IMG/VR virus record: IMGVR_UViG_3300025652_000057
Coordinates: 2,624 to 66,623 of that record
DNA: 64,000 bases
Reading direction: 5' to 3' (one strand)
Origin: a virus
The position numbers and the translations under genes are program-made. Below the pieces are notes generated by a model. The model worked only from the letters and a program-made list of their open reading frames with translations, was not told where the DNA came from and did not search any database. Each line of letters starts with the position of its first letter. Position 1 is the stretch's first letter. Of the stretch, positions 36,701 to 46,000 are shown piece after piece.

Positions 36701-38099
36701 GTGCAGTAATGCCATTATCATAGAAATCGTCATTAGCGAAAGCAACTTCTGTTACTGTTGTTAGTAGGCCATTGGTATCATCCCCTAAGAATTCTCTACC
36801 GTCATCACTAAGACCAAGAGATGTTCCAGTCGGAACACCGATAGTGCCCACACTGGTGTCGCTGCCATCCGCAAGGTATAATTTACCCTCTTTAAATATC
36901 TGTCGAAGTGCTAAGTGTACAGGCTTCTCAAATCTAGTGATTTTAGGAAATAGCCCTACTTTTATATCATACCAGTCGGACGCACCGTCTGATAGCGCAA
37001 AGTTAGATGTGTTAATTATAGTGTGTGCCTTACCATCATGCTTCATATCGAGTAGGAAGTTGTCAATCCAGTAATCTAAGTCACGTTTACACTTGTCTCT
37101 AACTTGTATAGGTGTGATGTCTGGGGCGCCACCGTTTTCTGCGTTGATGCCTGCGGCAAGATCGAGATAATATCTATGTTCCGCTTCAGTAGCAAAGCCT
37201 GCGGCGACAAATGTGGTTGAAGCGTCATCATCGACAGTAATTGTGGCACCGGCTGCACCTGTAGTATCGTAGTCAGTCCCTGGCGCAGGATATTGATTGT
37301 ATGCGGCTAATAGTGCGTTGTCGATAATCTCAAAACGATTGTCTGCTATAATCTGTCTATCTGATACTAGTTTCCCCTCGCTAACTTCAGTCTCGCCTGC
37401 GCCTTGGCCAACGATTCTATAGTCGTCTACCTGAGTAGTTGAGACTTCTCCTGTTGCTGTATTACCTCTTAGTAGAGTACCGGTGCCTGCACCAGTGCTA
37501 CCAATGCCGTAAGGGCTTACAGGAGAATATGCAATAGACTGAGTTCTACGAACAACAGAGAAGTTATCTTCTTTACCGCTGTTTCTAGTTTCCCAGTAGT
37601 AGCCATCGTACTTATCGTAGATGCCATATTTGCGGATTGTTGGATTTTGAGAAAAGTCAGTTGATCCTACAGAGCTTCTTATACCAAATGTAGCGGCTGA
37701 TACACGACCAGGCTGATATCTAAAGAAACGCTTAGATGTTAATACTGAAACTTTGTTTCTGGGTGCTTCAACAAGAGCGCCAGCTTCTGTTGGTAAATGT
37801 TTAACTCCATAGCCCGATACATGGTATGCGGGTGACATAGACCACTCTGATGGGTTAACATCATATGTGTTAACATCTGCGAAGATGCCCAATGCAACTT
37901 CTGCTCTAGGAATACCTAAGAGAGATAGTGCCACTTCAGATTGTACTTTATTCTGTTCTACTACAGGAATAGCAGTCTGATCGGATGACATTACTACAGG
38001 AATAGACTTTTCAGCAGTCTGTGGACCTGGCGACACTGGAGTGGTTCTGCCTACATTTACTACACTAGAGTTGTTGTTTACATTCGTTATACTTGACAT
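33765..38099 (-). CDS. Large virion structural protein (RYQPGR family, paralog B) with CxRD motifs
   Basis: SKRFFRYQPGR, KIEFSWYGAVG and KYGASYYIDGGD; insert containing KCKRDL and KCQRDV. Confidence 0.7.
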   Translation of the reverse strand: MSSITNVNNNSSVVNVGRTTPVSPGPQTAEKSIPVVMSSDQTAIPVVEQNKVQSEVALSLLGIPRAEVALGIFADVNTYDVNPSEWSMSPAYHVSGYGVKHLPTEAGALVEAPRNKVSVLTSKRFFRYQPGRVSAATFGIRSSVGSTDFSQNPTIRKYGIYDKYDGYYWETRNSGKEDNFSVVRRTQSIAYSPVSPYGIGSTGAGTGTLLRGNTATGEVSTTQVDDYRIVGQGAGETEVSEGKLVSDRQIIADNRFEIIDNALLAAYNQYPAPGTDYDTTGAAGATITVDDDASTTFVAAGFATEAEHRYYLDLAAGINAENGGAPDITPIQVRDKCKRDLDYWIDNFLLDMKHDGKAHTIINTSNFALSDGASDWYDIKVGLFPKITRFEKPVHLALRQIFKEGKLYLADGSDTSVGTIGVPTGTSLGLSDDGREFLGDDTNGLLTTVTEVAFANDDFYDNGITAPSAISAADYGTKSKLDTFFDVKKNFWAYWVTIKTLAGTATYDTNTKVNYYLPAGGLSQANGDGSIITTEDIKYKCQRDVGYIIDGYKNDLIGGGDAETIYNASMFLRGTGLSVYSQQGGAGNNDGNISEPERHAHLKTRILNDLKAFGYADGSTEHDKIETLAELIVDNFDTEEVKGMEVGNRGFAGNLITLRDGLVHVHAGVYDPSMLKDSKKIVAKVTAGTNDGTDACRFKLTSGVVTFGQHIKISWTDTASVKDGINKGEILKVTRVYGPKGNEFTASKEDGTAVTFTQAESDSLTKIYIETVVPFIFPKDYDITSSNIQSFASKIDTTPATINNAAAAVDGTDARVFNTKASDFDTGLIPKGASFPYMYSKTDDLLSTTFYGINDYVGFVNTAIDPAVSLANVNTIRSQVDNVNFYPEYVNWIKNNVKPEYYGVYEYRIPRSRFTHDALDGIKSTDDAKTSAAPGSRNRVYSDVATGSSGIARPGENYVITDNVAEKQDSLYAFDFTKVTMLKIEFSWYGAVGALFLAYVPVGNGEARWVRVHHLRASNQLKIASLGNATLPITYTTYGGGDQYSLGDLGDVTENQIPQGYGNISHNIVKYGASYYIDGGDRGTVRLYSYNNDAQVPTVGKQFIQTSTKAGTAYLYTAEDTTITGSTMPSIVVNALDDAGAIISPEFYIGATVKTASRLDQNVKVVWTDATKVYLSGPLSGATTSATLLPDRAETIYGLETKKVILSTREGNAVRNRVQVYPTKLSTANTGNNTVRLRFKKTPIFQTLVATTGTIRPTAEYTIDNTNAPIAMTQSSTYMVNGTSVYGWFRGRIEADDVTVFGRLYKEADLYYFEMLQSFEGTVVLKNGVNDFFLKDLRFTADGDQVASVTDVTKSTSEIEGLSSLKIATDTTVPIPNTGSNVATIYLQQGTEQFDLSAYFDYNKEYLSFPLTNVADSLYFAVDSDTDSTTTDDNISLGVTWEEQ

Positions 38100-38108
38100 T
38101 TCTTTTTC

Positions 38109-41096
38109 CTATTTAATGAGCCCTTGAGCCATTACGAAGTCGTCTATTATATTTATAGTGCCGTATGATGCTGGTGTGCCTGAAGCATTGCCTGGAGTAA
38201 CACCAGCACCAGCATCACCTGAACCGCCTTTCCAATACTTGATTTCTAGTATCTTATTATCGCCACTGTCGGCTATGTTAGCTATTTGTCCATAATTAAT
38301 GGCACTACCTAAAGCGAAAGTGCCGTGTCCATCAATTCTAATAACGTGACCAATAGCTAGAGGCACATTTAAAGAAGACGGTGTTACAGTTACAGTATAT
38401 GTAGGGTTTGTTGTATCTGTTGCATCCCAAGTGCCCGATGCGATTATTGAACCCGCATTAGCGTAACCTCTATAATTCGCTGTCCACGCTACGCCGACAT
38501 GAGCAGAGCCAGCAGGATGATTCCCTGCTGTTATTTGCCCAGCGTACAGTGTCGCAAGCTGACCCTTAGAGTATATTCCACTAGTCAGATTTGTCCAGCT
38601 CGCAGTACTGCCTTCAGTGTCGTTTATCTCAAACTTAAATTGACCTAATGCTCTATTCATGCCTGAATCAATATCTTTAATGTAAATAGGCTTATTAGCA
38701 CTATATCCAACAAACTCGTCGGGAGTTGCTGTGCCTGTGGTACCTGTCACAGCAACATTGTTCTTAACAAATGATGTGCCTACGTTGGCGTTAGGTGCAC
38801 CAATTGCTGTCCAGTTTGTATCGCCTGGAGCGATTATTCTATATCGTTTACCTTGTATGAATCCATCATTAGCGATTGTCGACCAGTTAACTCCGTCAAT
38901 GCCCTTTGCGCCTGCGCCAACTAGATTGCCGTATACTTCTTCATCTCCGTTAGAGAGCTTCCTTATTAATTTTACTCTATACTCAATCGTTGCCGGCTGA
39001 GCTTCTATGCTAGTTTGAGCCAGATTGAAAGCTGCGCCGTTTTCTTGATATACGTGCGCAGAGCTACCATATGGCGCAGTCGATTCGGCTATGCCTAGAT
39101 TTATATTGATTGAATCGTACTCACTATTCAAGATGTCTGGACTAGATAGATACTCGTTAGCCGCACCGATCAATACGTTAGGAGAAGATACTAAGAATGA
39201 TGATCCGTAAGTGAATATGCCAGCGCCACATGCCTTAACCACGTTATTTGCTATAACGCCTTGAGCTGTTACAGAAGCATCAACAGAGTCTGTGAAATTT
39301 TGAAATCTATTACCAGTAATGAGTGTGCTTGTTCCATTATCTACAATTAGAGGAGAGAATGACCATCTGTCTGTCACGCCGCTATTTACAACTTCACTTG
39401 TAGTTAGTTTAAACTCAACAGGAGACGATGCGTAAACGCCACCGCCAATTATATTTTTAACTCTACACATATCCAAAAGAATCGACGATGGATTTAATCC
39501 AAAATCTAGTGCATAGTTTATAGTAACGTCTTCATCATCGTTATGTAAGAATTGACTTTTTATATTGCCGTCCATATCTATGCCTACAAGAGATATTGCC
39601 GTTGCATTAGATGTTACTGTAGACCTAATGATCGAATTATCTGGCTCGTTAACAGCGTAAGACGCCCATGGCAGCTTCTTAATCTGTGTGATGTTAGCTG
39701 TTCCTATAAGACCAAAGTTACTGGGTACTGCGATATGAGATACGTTATACGTCTTAGCGTTCAACTCTACACTCTTTCTACCCTGTGTCGCCTTCGTCAC
39801 AATAGCTTCATTTATCTTGTTTGTGTCGTTGTGTGCTACTTGAGCACCGCCAGAAGTGTCCACATAAACGTATGCTGTGTCGAAGTTTAAGTCGAAAGAT
39901 GTAGCCTGACTGCTTATGCTAGATATAGTCACATCAGTCCAACCTCTAAGTGCGCCAGTGTGTACAGTTACAGGAAAGTGTGTGGTGCTAATGTACGTAT
40001 TGTCGGTAGAGTTTTTTCCAGACCAACTAGTGTAGTCGAATGTGTGATAGTCTTTCCAAGCGACTAATAAATCTTTAGATCCCAATACGGCCAGTAGCTT
40101 AAACCCACCTGCACCTGCAACCTGTCTATACACCAAAATACCTTGGCTTCCTGATTGCCCTGTGAGTGCAAGACTGATAAAATTATTAGTATTGAATTCG
40201 CCCAACACATCATTGCCTTCATTATATACTGTTACAGATGATGTGGCTGATGGTGGGCCTACTTCGCCTGTCTGAAGATTAAAGAGTGCTACTCTATATT
40301 CAAAAAGTTTAGAATTTGTACCTGCGGCAGCCGTGAATCCGCCCCCATTCGAAACTGTCAGCGTTAATCCGGGCGAGGTTGTTATGTTATTGGCAGTGTT
40401 TGCCGATGCGCCATATATTCTTATCAGTTGGCCAGCTGAGAAGTTAGCTTCTACATTTTTATCTGATATTCTCAGAACATTCGATTGATTGTCAGCAATG
40501 TTTTGAAATGTTCCTAGAACATCTTGCAAGCTATCTCGAACTTCACCGCCATCAAATGTGCTACTGTATGTGTTGAACAGGTTACCAAAATTCAGGGCTT
40601 GTCTATCGTCAACTCGCTGATCTTGGTAGAATAGATTAACAGCGCCTTCATTCACATAATCGGATGTCATTACCTGTGTTGTCGATCCAGTGCCAGATAC
40701 CACCATTTTTGGTGGGTTGGCAGTACTATCATGTGATACGAGATTGCCGTCGTTAGTGAATCCTTCTACAGTGCCGAATGTAGAAGTATTTGTAGGTATC
40801 GTAGGCTTATTAGTCAGGTTCGAATAGTTTAAAAAGTATTCTCCTGGCTGATATGCGTCAGTGATCCACAATCGTTGAGCACCAAGATTATTACCGAGGG
40901 TGGGATTTATGAGATTAATCTTATCAACTATAGTGGCAGCTTTTGACGCTACGTTAACATCGGATAGAATAAAGTTAGTAACATTAGAAGCGACTATGTG
41001 CTTAGATGTGGTGGCGTCACTGTCCGTGACGGCGAACAAATCCGCATCCGCCAGGGCATCTAATTCCGGTAAATCTGTAAACTTCTTATTCGACAT
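38109..41096 (-). CDS. Tailspike/fibre-like protein with a probable parallel beta-helix
   Basis: NDTNKINEAI...VELNAKTYNV...IDMDGN and ITGNRF/IANNVV pectin-lyase-type repeats; KKFTDLP N-terminus. Confidence 0.65.
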   Translation of the reverse strand: MSNKKFTDLPELDALADADLFAVTDSDATTSKHIVASNVTNFILSDVNVASKAATIVDKINLINPTLGNNLGAQRLWITDAYQPGEYFLNYSNLTNKPTIPTNTSTFGTVEGFTNDGNLVSHDSTANPPKMVVSGTGSTTQVMTSDYVNEGAVNLFYQDQRVDDRQALNFGNLFNTYSSTFDGGEVRDSLQDVLGTFQNIADNQSNVLRISDKNVEANFSAGQLIRIYGASANTANNITTSPGLTLTVSNGGGFTAAAGTNSKLFEYRVALFNLQTGEVGPPSATSSVTVYNEGNDVLGEFNTNNFISLALTGQSGSQGILVYRQVAGAGGFKLLAVLGSKDLLVAWKDYHTFDYTSWSGKNSTDNTYISTTHFPVTVHTGALRGWTDVTISSISSQATSFDLNFDTAYVYVDTSGGAQVAHNDTNKINEAIVTKATQGRKSVELNAKTYNVSHIAVPSNFGLIGTANITQIKKLPWASYAVNEPDNSIIRSTVTSNATAISLVGIDMDGNIKSQFLHNDDEDVTINYALDFGLNPSSILLDMCRVKNIIGGGVYASSPVEFKLTTSEVVNSGVTDRWSFSPLIVDNGTSTLITGNRFQNFTDSVDASVTAQGVIANNVVKACGAGIFTYGSSFLVSSPNVLIGAANEYLSSPDILNSEYDSININLGIAESTAPYGSSAHVYQENGAAFNLAQTSIEAQPATIEYRVKLIRKLSNGDEEVYGNLVGAGAKGIDGVNWSTIANDGFIQGKRYRIIAPGDTNWTAIGAPNANVGTSFVKNNVAVTGTTGTATPDEFVGYSANKPIYIKDIDSGMNRALGQFKFEINDTEGSTASWTNLTSGIYSKGQLATLYAGQITAGNHPAGSAHVGVAWTANYRGYANAGSIIASGTWDATDTTNPTYTVTVTPSSLNVPLAIGHVIRIDGHGTFALGSAINYGQIANIADSGDNKILEIKYWKGGSGDAGAGVTPGNASGTPASYGTINIIDDFVMAQGLIK
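38150..38157 (-). promoter_or_regulatory. Late promoter TATAAATA embedded in the 3' end of the 995-aa gene
   Basis: Exact motif about 50 nt upstream of the 1444-aa start. Confidence 0.55.
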
Positions 41097-41126
41097 TCCT
41101 ATTTCCTTAGATTGGTAATTACTTTA

Positions 41127-41134
41127 TATTTATA
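41127..41134 (-). promoter_or_regulatory. Late promoter TATAAATA
   Basis: Exact motif upstream of the 995-aa gene. Confidence 0.8.
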
Positions 41135-41152
41135 ATGTTCGTGTGTAGATCA

Positions 41153-42907
41153 TTAAGCAGTTCGTATCCAGATAGATACAACTTTATATGGCATCCTATT
41201 GGTGTGGGAGTGGACGGCGTCTTGACCTTCAGCAAAGCCGACATTCCCTAACTGATTCCCTGTGTTGCTGCCGGGTTCTGCGCCTGAACTACCATTAAAT
41301 CCGCCACCAAGCAAAGTATGTGTATGTCTAGGTAATCCAGACTGAGTATCCGTTAAGTAGACTTCACTGTAACCGTCAACATAACCCAAAGTATCATAGT
41401 AGTTACTGGAAATACTTCTGGTTTGTCCGTTTGCCGCTGACAAATTGGAAGTGGCAGGAATTCCCTGAATGTTTTTCAGTTCGATGTTGGTGGAGCGGTC
41501 ACGATAAACTATGTAGTTACGATTCATATCCTGATTCGAAAATCCGGAAATATCGACGGAATCACCCCGGCGGTATGGGTGCGTGTCAGCGAGACCTAGT
41601 GTGATAATGCCTTCGCCGCCTGCAGCATAAGTACAGCTTGCAGAATTTATTGTAGTACCACTATCTTGGCTTACGAGGGTGCGACCTTCTGCATATCTTT
41701 GCCAAGTACCAAAACCTAGACCACCTGTATTATTAGTGGATCTATCAGTACTGGGATCTACACCAGTTGTTGTAGTATATAATGAGCCAATAGGATATAC
41801 TGCCTTCAATACTGCGACGAGGCCAGAGTCTGTCAACCCACCAGCAGTACCAGAACTACCTGATACATTTGCAGTAAGTGTTCCTCCAACGACAAGATTA
41901 CCACTGATATCTGCGTTACCATTTATATCTAAGCTACCGCCACTCACTTGACCTGTTGCACTGAGGGTTAATCCTTGGACTGACAATGTAGCATTAACTG
42001 AACTGAATTTGCCTGTTGATCTTGAGCTGTTGCCAATAGGTGTACCATCGATAGCACCGCCATTGATATCTACAGTGGAGAATGTGCCAAGGCCAGTGGA
42101 TGTAATATTGATCATGTTGATAGTAGACGCAGTAAGTGTTCCAAAAGTCGATGTACCACTACTTGTAACGTTACCAGCAAGGTTGCCATTGACATTACCT
42201 GTTAAGCTCCCGCTAAATGCATTTGCTGTGATTGTACCTGTAGCATTAACTGTACTGAATTTGCCTGTTGATCTTGAGCTGTTGCCAATAGGTGTACCAT
42301 CGATAGCACCGCCATTAATGTCAACACTAGTTAATACCGAACTCACAATGGGACTACCCGATGTTCCAAGAGTACTCAATCCAGTAATATTGCCTGCGGC
42401 AATATCACAATCTGCAAAAGAAGATCCACTAGAGCCAGTGCCAGTATGTGTTATCCTTTTAGTGAGTGTTGCAGGTAACACATCCTCATTCATAGTCATG
42501 CCGGGGGATGTCGTTATTGCGGTAGATGTGAACTGTATAAAGTTTCCACCAACATTCTTTATCTTCAATTCGCTGTGAGTATTATTAGTCTCGATTGTCC
42601 ACTTATTGGAATCAGCTCTAGCTATCTGAATCTTAGCGACCTGCGCACCGTTATCTATTGTTAGATCGCCTTCGACTTTCGTGTCGCTTTTCAGAGATAT
42701 GATCGAAGCTGTGGAACTCTTGATTATATTATCAACTGTGATTGTGTGACCAGTTTCTAAGGTAATATCACCATCGAGCGCAATGTTTCCTGCGTTAGCA
42801 TCTCCCATAGTCACGGCTTTAGCAGCTACAGCGATGAGATCATTGGTCTTTGTTTTCCAAGTACCAAAAGTATCTGTATTTGATATAGTAGTAATAATTA
42901 CACTCAT
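41153..42907 (-). CDS. Baseplate/short-fibre protein with gp10-like C-terminal domain
   Basis: N-terminal DTFGTWKTKTN; C-terminal VYPIGSLY...GFGTWQRYAEGRTLV...LPRHTH...HTNRMPYKVVSIWIRTA. Confidence 0.72.
   Translation of the reverse strand: MSVIITTISNTDTFGTWKTKTNDLIAVAAKAVTMGDANAGNIALDGDITLETGHTITVDNIIKSSTASIISLKSDTKVEGDLTIDNGAQVAKIQIARADSNKWTIETNNTHSELKIKNVGGNFIQFTSTAITTSPGMTMNEDVLPATLTKRITHTGTGSSGSSFADCDIAAGNITGLSTLGTSGSPIVSSVLTSVDINGGAIDGTPIGNSSRSTGKFSTVNATGTITANAFSGSLTGNVNGNLAGNVTSSGTSTFGTLTASTINMINITSTGLGTFSTVDINGGAIDGTPIGNSSRSTGKFSSVNATLSVQGLTLSATGQVSGGSLDINGNADISGNLVVGGTLTANVSGSSGTAGGLTDSGLVAVLKAVYPIGSLYTTTTGVDPSTDRSTNNTGGLGFGTWQRYAEGRTLVSQDSGTTINSASCTYAAGGEGIITLGLADTHPYRRGDSVDISGFSNQDMNRNYIVYRDRSTNIELKNIQGIPATSNLSAANGQTRSISSNYYDTLGYVDGYSEVYLTDTQSGLPRHTHTLLGGGFNGSSGAEPGSNTGNQLGNVGFAEGQDAVHSHTNRMPYKVVSIWIRTA
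41987..42316. repeat. 78-bp near-identical direct repeat pair (41987-42064 and 42239-42316)
   Basis: One mismatch; offset 252 bp (in frame); encodes NGGAIDGTPIGNSSRSTGKFSxVNAT. Confidence 0.9.
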
Positions 42908-43095
42908 TTCGTTATCTCTTTGACAGTTTTTTGTAATAGATCCATAGCAGACTCCAGTTTATCTATTCTCTGCTCTAGTCCGTTGATATATTTAGCTCGT
43001 TTCTTTTTTGCAAGAGCGTCCCTATATGCCGTGATGTCGGTATTCACTAACCCGACATCATTAGACGTTCTAGTGTATTTATCCGTACTCATCAT
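42904..43095 (-). CDS. Small coiled-coil hypothetical protein
   Basis: GLVNTD...LEQRIDKLE; ATGA overlaps on both sides; typical position after DUF4815-like genes. Confidence 0.65.
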   Translation of the reverse strand: MMSTDKYTRTSNDVGLVNTDITAYRDALAKKKRAKYINGLEQRIDKLESAMDLLQKTVKEITK

Positions 43096-46000
43096 GTTAA
43101 CGCAATTGCTCGATAGTCGTATATGTGCGCAAACAAGTTGATATCAGGAGTTAACGTACCTAGCTCTGGCGTATCTAGCTCATTGCCTGATCCTGTAGTG
43201 CCGTGTCTCAAAACAAACTTTAATTGGAAAGACCTGAAAGAAGTGGTCTCATTGGTTAAATTGTATTCGAACTCTCTATAGTCTTTAGTATTACTCGTGT
43301 TAGAGTATAGATCAGGATTAGCATTGTCGAGTTCAATCCAAGCACTCTTAGTCTCTATGTTTTCAGGATACACAAATCTCGCATATACATCAACGAATGT
43401 TCCTGCAGGTCGATACGCTGATACTAACGCCTTCATTCCGTCAGCTTCAAGCCCGGCCTTCAACACTACTTCTTTTGATATCCAACTAGAAGTGGATGAC
43501 GCAGAATTTGTGATGTGATACTCGTAAGCGTTGATTTCAGATAGAGATTTATCGACGATAGGAGTAGCTGAAGAGTAGCTATTGTTTGCCATAGAGACTC
43601 TTACCTTGAAGTCTTCTGTGGTAGTATCTGCGGCATTCACTATACGACTCTTACTCATAATTGATCTTAAGCTATTATGGGTGTACGTGTTAGCGTTCTT
43701 AGATATAGACTTATCTATCGTGTTTCCGTTATAGAGTGTCAGGTCGCTAGAAGTGTTCGTAGTGTCGCTAGTGTAAATTTGTGCCTGAAAATATGAAATC
43801 TTCTTATTGTTTACGCTAGTGACTATAGCCGTGGCTCCACTATCTATTCCTTTTATCACTTGACTATTTTTTCTGGCAGTACCGTCACCTGGTGTACCAG
43901 CAATTAATGCTACGAATACTTGTCCGAGATAAGGAGAAGATCCTGCGCCAGCATCAGTCCAGTTTTGTTGTGTTGTGGATGATCCCAAGCTAGTAATCGT
44001 ATAAGTCTGCTGAGGCGTGAACGCTCCGATAGTCGAGACTGCATTATCATCAATGAAGTTGGTTGGCGTAGCAGAACTGCCTTTAATGTGTAACTCATCA
44101 GCTTTTCTGGAATTGTAGTGTGATACTCTACCCGCTACACAAACAAACGCAACAGCAGTAGTTGTAGCTTCAAAGAAAGGCGTGTCTAATGTTATTGTAG
44201 TCGATGCAGCAGTCGTCTGTAGATCCAGGATCTTAGCGACAATATCGTTTGTAGCTGTGCTATCTTGAAGGTACATATAGTCGCCTACAGCGAATATCGT
44301 AGTGCCAGATATAGTCACAATATTCAATTGATCGCCAGATATGCCTGCTGTGTAAGAATCAGCCTTCTTAATATATGCATATTCGTCATCTATAAACGAT
44401 AGTATATTCTCACGAACTGTCATAAACTCCATATCATTAGGTACTAAATCTATAGTACCAGATGCGTTGAAGTCATACCTTTTCAATATAAATTTAATGT
44501 CTTCATCTTGATATGATTTCCAAGCACTATCGTTTGTTGATGTAAATAATACCCCATCACCCCAGTCATTAGTAACAGCAACTTGCGATGCCGCAGTTCC
44601 TTTAGATAGGCTAGTAGATCCAACTTTAGAAGTATAGATGAGATAGTCTGGAGAGTTAGCGTCTGGTATAACTACAAATGCGTACTCGGCATTTGCACTC
44701 AATCTGACTGGATTGTCAAAGGTAAATGTCGTTGCAGTAATTCCATTAGGAGATATAAGAACTTGAGATGCATCTAGATGCTTAGATGCAAACGGAAGAA
44801 CTTTCTTCGATGGATATCCATTGACAACTTCTCTTATCTGTAGAGTCACACCAGTAGTGGCACTCTTCTGCTTGAAGTAAACGTCTATATCACTGATCAT
44901 AGCAACATTTGCGTTATTGGTGCTAGATGACTTCACTCGGAAAGTCTGAGCAATAGGATCACCCACTTGTCGCTGAGTTTCTCTAGTTGTGATGCTAACT
45001 GAGGTGTCGAAGTCTGGAGTTCTGGTGGTAACGCTCAAGTCGGTCTTGTTTACAGCGAAGTTATATCCTCTGTAAGTTGCTCTGCTGTAAGACGTTGATG
45101 CAGAGTCTATAGAGCCATATGTGTCCACATCGACCACCTCTAAAACATTCTCTCCAACAAAGAATGTGCTTGCTGGTAGTACGAATACTGCACTTAGTAC
45201 TCCGTTGCTATCAGTTCTTACTGCCTCTCCTGCATTTGATGCTAAGTATCCCACTCGTCTAACGTCTAGGTTAGAGCTATTTTGCCTACCGTATGTAATT
45301 CCCGTGCCAGGTGACACATGAGAATCGACAGACTTCTGATCAAAGAAAAAGTAATGTCTAGTGTTTGGTCTTAATCCAGTTACTAGAACTTTAATTTGTT
45401 GTCTTCTCAGATACGGCTTCATGTTTATATCTGTAATGAAGTTGCCTACCTCTTGATTGAGGGAGCTTGTAGAACTCGCAAGACGAGTTTGGCTGATGGT
45501 CTGGGTAAACTCTCCCATTATAACTCTACGTCTTGGTCGATTTGTTCCAGTACGCTCTTCGCCTATTATAGCCTCTGTGGTAAGAGGCATAAACTCTTGA
45601 AGATTGTCCACAAGATCCAACATAGGACCAGCGATATCTATTTCAATATTTACAGCAGGATTCTGAATCACATCATACCCAGATGTGAACGGAGGATCGA
45701 TAACTGCTTTACCCTCAAAGCTGTAGAAGTTTGATACACAGTTTCTAAAGTTTGTTGCGTACGGCTGTGAGATAACCTCTACCTTAGTGCCGGTGTCTGC
45801 TAGTGTTATGACATCCGGAAACGCAGTATTCACTCCACTGCCACTTCCTACTTTTAAGTCTACTGGAAACTGTGTTACTGCAGGAGTAGCTACGGTTCTA
45901 CCATTATCAATTGCAGCTCTAAATTCTGGATCTCGAATATCTGCAATATTTAAGTCACGAATAGAGTCTGCTAGAATACCGTTCTTGAATCTATTCAAGC

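Noticed and set aside
41153-42907. Diversity-generating retroelement target/template pair
   Set aside because: The 78-bp repeats are in-frame coding copies with one mismatch; no reverse transcriptase or non-coding template in the window.
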